64,000 bases of DNA from Octopus sinensis (Eukaryota). Positions 13,354 to 23,882 of the stretch are shown piece after piece. The notes beneath the pieces were generated by a model. The model had not been told where the DNA came from and searched no databases. It was given only the letters and a program-made list of their open reading frames with translations. A program made the translations under genes and the position numbers. The stretch lies in assembly GCF_006345805.1 (NCBI RefSeq), contig NC_042998.1:187736001-187800000 (forward strand), in the 5' to 3' direction. The stretch's first letter is position 1, and each line of letters starts with the position of its first letter.

Positions 13354-13600
13354 TTTAAAAGGAGGCTTTATATCAGACCTAGATGCAGTCTCAAGTGGGT
13401 GGATGTTATCAAAAAAGGTTAATAAAAAATCTTCCATTGCTAGCTATTACAATCCAGAATATTCAGCTTTCTAGAATATTCCAGTCTATTGCAGTAGTTT
13501 CTTCATTTTTCAATGACTTAATAGAAAAATGATTGTTGAGTTGGTATAAATGTAAAATAGTTGATAAAATCTCAAATGCCATTGTTAAAAAAAAGTTATT

Positions 13601-14008
13601 TCTCTTTCTCTTTTACTTGTTCCAGTCATTTGACTGCGGCCATGCTGGAGCACCGCATTTGGTCGAGCAAATCGACCCCGGGACTTATTCTTTGTAAGCC
13701 CAGTACTTATTCTATCGGTCTCTTTTGCCGAACCGCTAAGTGACGGGGACGTAAACACACCAGCATCAGTTGTCAAGCAATGCTAGGGGGGGACAAACAC
13801 AGACACACAAACATATACACACACATACATATATATACATATATACGACAGGCTTCTTTCAGTTTCCATCTACCAAATCCACTCACAAGGCTTTGGTCGG
13901 CCCGAGGCTATAGCAGAAGACACTTGCCCAAGATGCCACGCAGTGGGACTGAACCCGGAACCATGTGGTTGGTTAGCAAGCTACTTACCACACAGCCACT
14001 CCCGCGCC
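13601..14008 (-). mobile_element. tRNA-derived CORE-like SINE (family C, octopus OR-type)
   Basis: The minus strand reads GTGGCTGTGTGGTAAGTAGC...GGTTCAGTCCC..CTTGGGCAAGTGTCTT (CORE-like), then an internal (TA/TG)n and the tail CAGCATGGCCGCAGTCAAATGACTG. Other copies at approx. 16896-17272, 35866-36273, 37460-37854, 23690-23880(+), 26040-26196, 63132-63495(+). Confidence 0.8.
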
Positions 14009-14529
14009 TTCTTCATATTTCTTCATATTCTTGTATATATTTAGAAGCATTGTTACTGTAAGCCTAAAATTCTGAATGACTGACCACAGTACGGTCCTAT
14101 TATAACAAAGCAAATTCCTCAGATAATTTAATCTCTCTAAATTCTATTTATCTATCATGGTTGAGATGTCATGTGAAAATATTTGTTTCAATTATTCAGT
14201 TACACCTTAACATTTCTGAATTGTTGGCAAATCAGTTGAGTTTTTTAGAAAGTCAAATAGAATGCCTCAGAGTGTTTGTCCAACTCCCTGCTTTCTGAGT
14301 TCAATTTCCATCAAAGTCAACTTTGCTTCATCCTTTCAGGGTCAAAAAAAAAAAAAGAAAGTACCATTCCTAGGTCATGGATTGGCAAAACTGCATAAGA
14401 ATATTGGATTGAATGCCTTGCAGTATTCATGCCTGCTCTTTGTGTTCTGACTGTAAATCCCATCTTGGGATGTAAGCTTAATCCATTGTCCAGTTTAATA
14501 CCACCACTTGGTACTTTGGGTACTGTTAA

Positions 14530-14836
14530 CCCCTTACCCGGCAGAAACGAATATATTCGTTTTGACCAATTCGTTTTTTTCTATCTCTGGCGAGTTAACT
14601 CGTCAAAAGATAGACTCGCCAAAATTGACAGCAAACGAGTTCCTTCGTCTAAAAACGGGTTAACTCGTTTCTGCCCAAAGCGGTAATTTAAAATCAATAT
14701 TATTGAATTAAAATTCCTAATAAATAAGGTTTGAAATATACCTCGAAATCACCATTCAAAACATAGTAAAATAAAACAATTAAAAAATATGTCTGAAAAA
14801 ATACATTTATTTTCAAAATAATTGTTGGGTAAGGGG
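14530..14836. mobile_element. piggyBac-type MITE
   Basis: TTAA|CCCCTTACCC...GGGTAAGGGG|TTAA. Confidence 0.8.
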
Positions 14837-15569
14837 TTAATGGAGTTCACTCTGATGGAAGCTTTCAGGCCAGGTTGCTAATTGAAGTATATCTTCTTCC
14901 TCACTGTTCTACCAGTCTTGGAGGCCCTGTAAAAGCTCATGGGCTCTACCATCACTTCTGGTAAAAAAAAAAAATCTCAACATCATTTTTCATTTGAAGT
15001 TATTGATTTCTTGTATCTTAACACAAGCCTTTCCTGTAAAGGCATGAAGTATTATTGATTGAATCAACTTAAGTATGTTACTGTTTATTTGAGTAACTTT
15101 GAAATCATGAATAACGAAATTGATTTCAGTTTAATTTTAACACAGAAATATCATGGGTCATTATACAGAATACCATGTGGCTTCTTATTTCTTTATTGCC
15201 CACAAGGGGCTAAACATAGAGGGGACAAACAAGGACAGACAAAGGGATTAAGTCGATTACATTGACCCCCAGTGCATAACTGGTACTTAATTTATCGACC
15301 CCGAAAGGATGAAAGGCAAAGTTGACCTCGGCGGAATTTGAACTCAGAACGTAACGGCAGACGAAATACCACTAAGCATTTCGCCCGGTGTGCTAAAGTT
15401 TCTGCCATTCACTGCTTTCTTGTGCCAAGATCATCTTCACATCTTCACTTTATTAACAAAAGTAGTGAAATGGCATGTAGCAGATCTTTTACTTGTTTCA
15501 GTCATTGGACTGTGGCTATGCTGGGACACTAACTTGAAGGGTTCTAGTTGAACAAATTGACACCACTAC

Positions 15570-15820
15570 TTCTCACCAAAAGCAACATGGCATCACTTCT
15601 GCACCCACCCTATTCAGCTGATTTAGCACCAGCAGACTTCCATCTCCTCCCCAAAATGAAAAGGTAGCTCAAAGGTCACCATTTTAACTCTGTTGTCGAG
15701 ATCCAGAGCGAATTGCAGGTCCTTGACTCACAAAACAATTTCCAGGCTTGATTCGAAAAGCATTCCCAGGAATGCTGAGACTGTTGTATTGCTATGCAAG
15801 GTGACTATTTCGAGGGAGAT
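15570..15820 (+). mobile_element. mariner transposase remnant
   Basis: Degenerate HPPYSADLAPADFHL (YSPDLAP motif) with stop codons. Confidence 0.7.
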
Positions 15821-16081
15821 GATAATTAGTCCAGAAACCTTGCTCAAGGTGCCATGCAGTGGGATTGAACCTGGAACTTTCTAACCTAACTGTAAGATAC
15901 AGAGATTCTGTTTCTGGTTAATTTTTTCACAGTGATGGTAGTGCTGGTGGTTGATGTTTGGTTATTAATAATGCATACAGTTAGGAATCAAACTCCTTAC
16001 TGTATGGTCATGCCTGCACCTATTAAAAGACCCTACCAGATATTAGGGTCTGTCAGTAAATATAGATTTGAAAGAATTTAA

Positions 16082-16496
16082 CCCTTTTGTTACTGTATTT
16101 ATTTTGAGATGCTCTGTGTTTCTTTCAATTAATTTTAAATCATCATCATCATCATCGTTTAACGTCCGTTCTCCATGCTAGCATGGGTTGGACGGTTCGA
16201 CCGGGGTTCTGGGAAGCCAGAAGGCTGCACCAGGCTCCAGTCTAATCTGGCAATGTTTCTACAGCTGGATGCCCTTCCTAACGCCAACCACTCCGTGAAA
16301 ATATAACAAAATAACAAAAATATAAATATAAATATAACAAAGAATTTAGTAAAATAACTTAGTTATCATTCAGCTAGTGTTAGAAACATAAATTGTGACT
16401 AAAGTTTGGTGGAAGATTTTAATTCAAAACTTATGAAAACAAGACATTTTACCACAGAGCCAGAGCTGGTTTTTGGCCAGGTTAGTAACAAAAGGG
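16082..16496. mobile_element. piggyBac-type MITE interrupted by a truncated family A element
   Basis: TTAA|CCCTTTTGTTACT...AGTAACAAAAGGG|TTAA; insert at ~16141-16297. Confidence 0.8.
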
Positions 16497-16557
16497 TTAA
16501 TGAATGATAAGATTGTATTCTGAGAAGTTTGGTGTGAAAATCTAAATGTATTTGTAG

Positions 16558-16687
16558 GTTCTTGATATGATTACACCTCCCTATACTGCTGAGTTTGTCC
16601 AGTTACTGTTACCTCTCATTGAAAATGAAGATATCACAGGTTCTTTAAAAGTTGAAGATGGAACTGATCCAGTCACAGAATTTATTG
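16558..16687 (+). CDS. NELFCD: NELF-C/D exon
   Basis: tttgtag|GTT...ATTG|gtaagt. Translates [43 protein letters not shown]; ends in phase 1. Confidence 0.95.
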
Positions 16688-18423
16688 GTAAGTTATTTCT
16701 AAGTGATATTCTCCTAAATAGCTTTGACTGCTATTAAATAAATGATATCTTTATATCAGATACAGAGACTTATTTGTGAGACAGAAATTTATGTTGGTGC
16801 ATGTTAGAGTGTATTTGTGTGTATGTGTTGTTGTTTAGCTCAGCTATCCTTGACAAAGAGGCCTTCCAGTCACATTTTGTCTTTTATTCAGATACTCTTT
16901 TACTTGTTTCAGTCATTTGACTGCGGCCATGCTGAAGCACCGCCTTTAATCGAGCAACTCGACCCCGGGACTTATTCTTTTGTAAGTCCAGTACTTATTC
17001 TATCGGTCTCTTTTGCTGAACCGCTAAGTAACGGGGACATAAACACACCAGCATCGGTTGTCAAGCAATGCTAGGGAGACAAACACACACGCATATATAT
17101 ATATATATACGACGGGCTTCTTTCAGTTTCCGTCTACCAAATCCACTCACAAGGCTTTGGTCGGCCCGAGGCTATAGTAGAAGACACTTGCCCAAGGTGC
17201 CACGCAGTGGTACTGAACCCGGAACCATGTGGTTGGTAAACAAGCTACTTACCACACAGCCACTTCTGTGCCTGGATTCTCCTTTTAAAATAGTTGTGTG
17301 TCATTTGAAGGAGATATGGCTTCTATTTCTAGCAGGTCATGTTACTACATAGAGTGCATTGATTCAAGTGTATATGTGTTACAATTAATGGTGTCTGACT
17401 TCATGAGTTTGTGATTCCCTCAATGTATTAATTGATTTGATGAATGTCCTAAGTCAATGAGTGTATGAAACCTAATTTTGGAAGAATATTCTGCTAGTTA
17501 GTTCCATTAATTAAAGTTCTCATGTTGACCAATTTTGATAAAACGATTTTCTTTATGAATTATGGTTTTAAAAGCTACCAACTTTCATGGAATTGAAACA
17601 AAAATCAACACAAAATTTATATTTTACTCGGCTTGCATTCCAAAGTTTACATTGTTAGTATTTGAGTAATGGATATATGTGACATTTTACCTATAAACTC
17701 ACATGAACTTTAATTCCTCTTTTGTATCTGAAATTTTATAGATTAAATCTTTACAATCTATAAATCCAACAATTACTTGGGATTCATTATGTAGAATCAT
17801 CATCATTCATCATCATTGTTTAACGTCCGTTTTCCGCACTAGCATGGGTTGGACAGTTCGATCGGGGTCTGGGAAGCCAGGGGCTGCTCCAGGCTCCAGT
17901 CTGATCTGGCAGAGTTTCTACGGCTGGATGCCCTTCCTAACGCCAACCACTCCGCGAGTGTAGTGGGTACTTTTTACGTGCCACCTGCACAGGTGCCAGG
18001 GGAGGTCCAGCATCGGCCATGATCGGTTGGAGCTTTTAACTTGCCAGCGGCACGGAAGCCAGCCAAGGCGGTGCTGGCAACGTTCGGATGGTGCGTTTTA
18101 TGTGCCACCAGCACAGAAGCCAGTCGGGGCGGCTCTGGCATCGGCCACGTTCGGATGGTGCTTTTTATGTGCCACCAGCACAGAAGCCAGTCGGGGCGGA
18201 GCTGGCATCGGCCACGTTCGGATGGTGCTTTTTATGTGCCACCGGCACAGAAGCCAGTCGAGTCGGCGCTGGCTTCTGTGCCGGTGGCACATAAAAAGCA
18301 GGTAATTTAAAAACTAACCATCAAATTTTTAAATAATAAATTTCTGAAAAAATTATTTTCAATAAGACTTGTGTTTATTTTTTATGTTACTTCTTAATTT
18401 TCTATGCATATTTTCTTCTTCAG

Positions 18424-18458
18424 CTCACTGCCGATCAAATTACATCATGGTAACGTGA
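18424..18458 (+). CDS. NELFCD: NELF-C/D terminal coding exon with stop
   Basis: ttttcttcttcag|CT CAC TGC CGA TCA AAT TAC ATC ATG GTA ACG TGA = (A)HCRSNYIMVT*, matching the NELFCD C-terminus (human AHCKSNFIMVN*). Confidence 0.93.
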
Positions 18459-18527
18459 AAGATAATTTACCTAGTGGTAGTTAAAGGACGAGCATGAACT
18501 GGATTTCAAGACAAACAAATGTGAGAC

Positions 18528-18533
18528 AATAAA
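18528..18533 (+). promoter_or_regulatory. Candidate polyadenylation signal of NELFCD
   Basis: First AATAAA, ~70 nt after the stop codon; the true 3' end may lie further downstream. Confidence 0.3.
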
Positions 18534-21260
18534 GCTGAACATTATGCCTTCTTTGAAGCCATTCATATCCATTGCAACAGGAATATCTGGAAAAATGTCA
18601 GTCTTTACTTAACATCACTGACTAAGCTGACTAGAAAAATACTAAATGTCTCTGTTACATCTTTTGACCAGTTTGATCGTTATTGAGAATAATGATATTT
18701 TACCAAAAATATTTCTATTTTACTATCAATTTAGTCATAAACAGAATCTTGGTTTCCATACTTTCAAATCTGACTGTAAGATACAGAGATTCTGTTTCTG
18801 GTTAATTTTTTCACTGTGATGGTGGTAGTGCTGGTGGTTGATGTTTGGTTATTAATAATTCATAATGTTGTTTTCAATTTTTGTGAGTCCCTTCCGAATT
18901 GGTTTATGAAAATAGTAAAAATCTAATAGTGATTCAAAACTTAGTTTAAATGAACTATTTTTGCCTGCCTGTTGTGGTTTTTTTTTTTTTTTTTTTTACT
19001 GTGTGTGAAATATAATTTTAATTCTTTAGAATTAGAATAGAATTATGATGCTATTTAAATCAATAGTTAACAAATAGTCTCTTATTTAAATACCAACTAC
19101 AGTGATGGTAATGTTATGATCTTGTGCATACATTAACTCCTGGTATTCTGATTGTTATAACATTGAAAATTAGTAACTACTACTTAAGCTGGAAAATAAG
19201 TCTCAGTTCTTCAAGGGACCAACATTTGAAGTCTTTAGATTTCTTTCTCAGGACTGTCCATATTTAAACTGTTATAAGTTTTTACATTCATTCCATTATT
19301 AGCTTTAGAAAAGTGTAGCCTCTGATGCTCTCTGTCTCTCTTTCTCTCTCTCTCTCTCTCTTATATATATATATATACACACACACAGAGCAGAGAACCA
19401 ATCTTAATTTTATCTGAAACTTTGTAATCAGGGGTGTGAATGGTTCAGCTGATGTTAAATCATATGAGAGATAGATTCAAGTGTCATGAAAAAAATACTG
19501 AGCTATGAATATGAAAAGTTCTGTTAAGCATCATGAATAATTCAGCTAACGTTTAAACTATATTGGTATTTTGAATTCATATCCGTTTTCCTTCTTGATA
19601 AATCGATGGAGACCCTTAGTATTATGGATTATCTCATCAAATCAATGTTGCTGATCTTCCTGATTTGTCTTCAGTTGTAGGTACTTGTCCCTCATTTGTT
19701 GTATTTTGACTCTAATTTCCTCTTCTATAAGGGACCTTTATTATAAAGCTACCAATACTCATTGCTACATCCACATCCTAATGTGCTATTGCCTGTGCGA
19801 TGCCACTGATCTGATCAACTATCATTATTTCATCCAAAACTCAAAAACAATACATCTGATATCTGGAAAATAAATTATTTTTACATTAAAAAGAACAAAA
19901 ACCTAACAACTTCATATTTTGCGTTTTCTCTCTATTTATTCTCATGTGTTCCGTGTTTTCTCTGACTTACAAAGTATTTAAAACAAGTTTGTATCAGTTC
20001 TCTATAATCTAGATACATGTTTATAATGAAATCGAAATTGAATTCGAAATCGAACCACATACGACGACTGGCATCCATGCCAACCTCCCTTCATTGGACA
20101 CTAAACTCTGCTTGCGAAGACCTGTTGGGGCAAGTGAAATTGAAATTGAACCAAATCCTATGACTAGCACCTGGCCGTTGCCAGTGCCACTGGATTGACT
20201 CCTGTGCAGGTAGCAAGTAAAGAAACAGCGTTTTGACCCTGTGCTTGAGGAAACCTATTGAATCAAGTACATCAATATCAAAAATAAATGGAAATTGTAG
20301 TTGTGATCCCTGTGCCGGTGGCAAGTAAAAAGCACCATCCGAACATGGCCGTTGCCAGCGCCGCCTTGACTGGCTTCCGTGCTGGTGGCATGTAAAAAGC
20401 ACCAACCGATCGTGGCACGTAAAAAGCACCCACTACACTCACGGAGTGGTTGTCTTTAGGAAGGGCATCCAGCAGTAGAAACACTGCCCAGATCAGACTG
20501 GAGCCTGGTGCAGCCTTCTGGCTTCCCAGACTCCGGTCAAACCATCCAGCCCATGCTAGCATGGAAAGCGGATGTTAAACAATGATGATGATGTTATTGG
20601 GAATAAAAACGCATTCTTCATAAAAATCCAGTTCCTGTCAACTTTAACTGCCATGGTATTGATTAATGTTAAATCTACATGCCCGCATGCATTTTGAAAA
20701 AGAAAAACTGTGCATTGATTGATATTTAAACAAAACTTAAGATTTAACACTTCAGCATTACTCTGTCAAATGTGATGTTTATTTCTTCACATTGTTTTGA
20801 ATTTATCACGCACTATCTCAGAGCTTAGAGATTTTGATGATGTGATTGTTTATTTTTAGAATAACATTATAGGGCATGTATGAGAGACCAAATCTGGCTG
20901 ATTTAAAGATAAAACTGGTGGAATATTCTGGGTGGATAGAGCCAGCTTAAATATGAAAGGATTAATCTTCCAAAATATTTGTTAATTAATTTTTTTTATT
21001 AATGAAATTTTCAAATCAAAGCTGAGAATAAATATTTTCTCTTCCTCTACACTGGCAGTGATCTTTTTCAGATATTACTAAAAAATCTATTCAAGTAAAA
21101 TCAAATGAATTCCATTTAACAAAAGCATGCCAATCATTTTCTCTTAAAATTGTTTCATATGGCATAGAAAAAATTGTTAAAAAATATTTATGGGCTCAGT
21201 TAATATCAAATGAAAAAGTCAAACACACTGATGTAAGATTAGTATATAAAGTGCATATTA

Positions 21261-22466
21261 TGAGGTCTGACCAATAAGTATCTGGACTTTTGCCATAGTA
21301 ACAAAGCTAAAGCATGCAGAGTGAAGCCACTTAGTACAAATTGACTTTGAACTCTGCTGTGCATGCACATTGTTTTAACATTCTAGCTTACCTCTGCTGT
21401 TTACAGCAGTGCTTCGAAGGAAGGTGTGTAGCGTGTGATTGTCGCTTTGATTTTAACAGAGTAAGTTGTCGAGAGGAGTGTATGAGCCACACAAGTGTAC
21501 AAGTGGTTCAGACGTTTTCAAGATGGCCGAAAAAATGTTGATTTTTGTTGAACATTCTGTGAGACCTGCAACCAGCAGAACTGAGAAAATCATCGCAGAT
21601 GTGCATGCAGCTGTTAGCGGAAATTGTTGAGTCACCATCTGTGAGTTATCACAGGATGTGATAAGATCTGCAGATTAGTGACAGTTCAGTTCATTATCAC
21701 TGAAGGTTTGGGTATGGGACACGTTTCTGCCAAAACTGACCAAAAAGACACTCAGGGTTTTAGTTGCACAAGATCTTGATTGTGTCCATAACAAAAACTT
21801 TGCGTAGGCCTCTGATCAGGTATCGCCAAGCTTTTGGCAAAATTTGATGCAGTTTCTCTGTCTTGGTCAGTGTGATGATCACACGCTACACACCTTCCTT
21901 CAAAGCACTGCTGTAAACAGCAGATGTGAGCTAGATCATTAAAACTTAGTGCGCATGCACAGCAGAGTTCAAGGTCAATCTGTGCCAAGTGGCTTTACTC
22001 TCTGTGCTTTAGCTTCATTACTATAGCAATAGTCCAAATACTGGACACTAAAGAAAGCTGACCAGAAGAGAATTAATGCATTTGAGCTTTGGTGTTGGAG
22101 AAGACTTTTGTGGATTCCATGGACAGCGAGGTTCACCAATGGAGAAGTTCTTAAGCAGATAAGGCCGAAAATGTCACTAGAAGCTGGGATCACCAAGCGT
22201 AGATTGGCATATTTTGGTCATATTATGAGGAGAGAATCCCTGGAGAAGGACATCATGCTCGGAATGGTCAGTGACAAGAGAGGAAGGGGCCGACCAAGAA
22301 CCCGCTGGTTTGACACCATCAGGAGTGATACCGGAATGGACATGGCCAATTTGAAGGAAGTGGCCTAGGATAGAACTGACTGGAGGACACTGATCCAACG
22401 AGTGACTGAGAGTCGACTTCGACTGAGCAGATAGAGAGAGTCCAAATACTTAGTGATCAGACCATG
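21261..22466. mobile_element. mariner-derived non-autonomous element with long TIRs
   Basis: TA|TGAGGTCTGACCAATAAGTA...TACTTAGTGATCAGACCATG|TA; ~180-bp imperfect inverted arms, the right one interrupted by an RTE fragment. Confidence 0.75.
22043..22438 (+). mobile_element. 5'-truncated RTE (BovB-like) LINE
   Basis: Reads TLKKADQKRINAFELWCWRRLLWIPWTAR...YFGHIMRRESLEKDIMLG...RGRPRTRW...VTESRLRLS; 12-bp TSD agtccaaatact at 22031-22042 and 22439-22450. Confidence 0.88.
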
Positions 22467-22889
22467 TATACCAATTGTGTGAAAAAAATCTGATGAAATT
22501 CTGCATCGCCTTCTTAATACAAATTACTTGTTCCTGGCTTTTAAAGATGTTTTATTTAGCAGTTTTCTGTTGAAGTGTGCTTTGTGTGTGTGTGTATATT
22601 GGTGGTAACACCTGGCCTACTAGTTAGGAGTGTTCAGCTCATGACCCAGGTTCATTTCCTGGACTAGGTAATGCTTTGTTTTCTTGAACAAGTGACATCA
22701 TTTTAACTGTTCATATTTACTCAACTGATGTAGCCTTTTCTCTGTTTAGTTGACACATCCTGGAAGGCTGAGAGTATGTCTGTCAGCTGGTGACTACACA
22801 GGCACCTAAAACAATTTGCCGAATCATGTACAACATGTTTCCAAGCCATATTCACTTGTGAGTGATGACTGGTTCCATTGTATACAGTT

Positions 22890-23203
22890 CTATTCTTATA
22901 CATTAACATTCCTCCTTTCAGAAATAATAAAAGTACTATTTTATAAAAAAAAAATGTCTGCCAGGGTCTGTAGAATTAACATACGTTTTTAATTGTGGAC
23001 TAGATTAGCAAAATGTATAACTTTTTTTCTAAAGTAATATTTTACCCCTATTCTTATACATTAACATTCCTCCTTTCAGAAATAATAAAAGTACTATTTT
23101 ATTAAAAAAATGTCTGCTAGGGACTGTAGAATTAACATATGTTTTTAATTGTGGACTAGATTAGCAAAATGTATAACCTTTTTTTTAAAGTAATATTTTA
23201 CCC
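22890..23203. repeat. Tandem duplication of ~158 bp
   Basis: 22890-23047 and 23048-23203 are near-identical. Confidence 0.9.
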
Positions 23204-23462
23204 ATCATCTATGAATTTTACAATGTTTTTTAAAGAATTTTGCATTCTTCTGTATGAGCCAAAAGATTTTCATGTCAGCTCCTCAGTTGAAAGAATGTAT
23301 TTTAAAGAATCAATTATGATAATAAGGACTGAATGTGTCAGTGTGTGACACACAATAGATTTCATTGATCTCAGTTATCTATCTTCCTACATAGAATCCT
23401 ATTTGTCAATATTGTTATCACACTTTTTTCTTTCTCTCACCTATGTATGTAATATATATATA

Positions 23463-23674
23463 TGAGGGGTTGCTGAAAAATTCCTGGCTTTATGGGTATC
23501 GTAAAAGGCTTGGTTGAAGGCCCAACTTTCGAAGTTCTTTTACAGGGCTTAGAAAACTGAAGGATTACTGCAATAAGTTTGTGAATCTGAGAGGAGAATA
23601 TGTTGGATAAAATCATAAATAACTGATCCTGTATTTTCATTTAACCAAAGCCAGGAACTTCTCAGCACCCTCTC
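23463..23674. mobile_element. Short mariner-type MITE
   Basis: TA|TGAGGGGTTGCTGAAAAATTCCTGGCTTT ... AAAGCCAGGAACTTCTCAGCACCCTCTCA inverted ends. Confidence 0.65.
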
Positions 23675-23847
23675 AAATATATAGAGACACAGGTGTGGCA
23701 GCATGGTAAGAAGCTTGTTTCCAACCATCTGGTTCAAGTTTCAGTCCTACTGCATGGCAACTTGGGTAAGTGGTTTCTACTATAGCCTTGGGGCAACCAA
23801 AGTCTTGTGAGTGGATTTGGTAGAGGGAAACTGAAAGAAGCCTGTCG

Positions 23848-23882
<35 letters not shown>

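Noticed and set aside
19600-19862. Possible minus-strand terminal coding exon (EEIRVKIQQMRDKYLQLK...)
   Set aside because: There are stops in all frames after the acceptor and no recognisable homology; kept only as a candidate non-coding exon.
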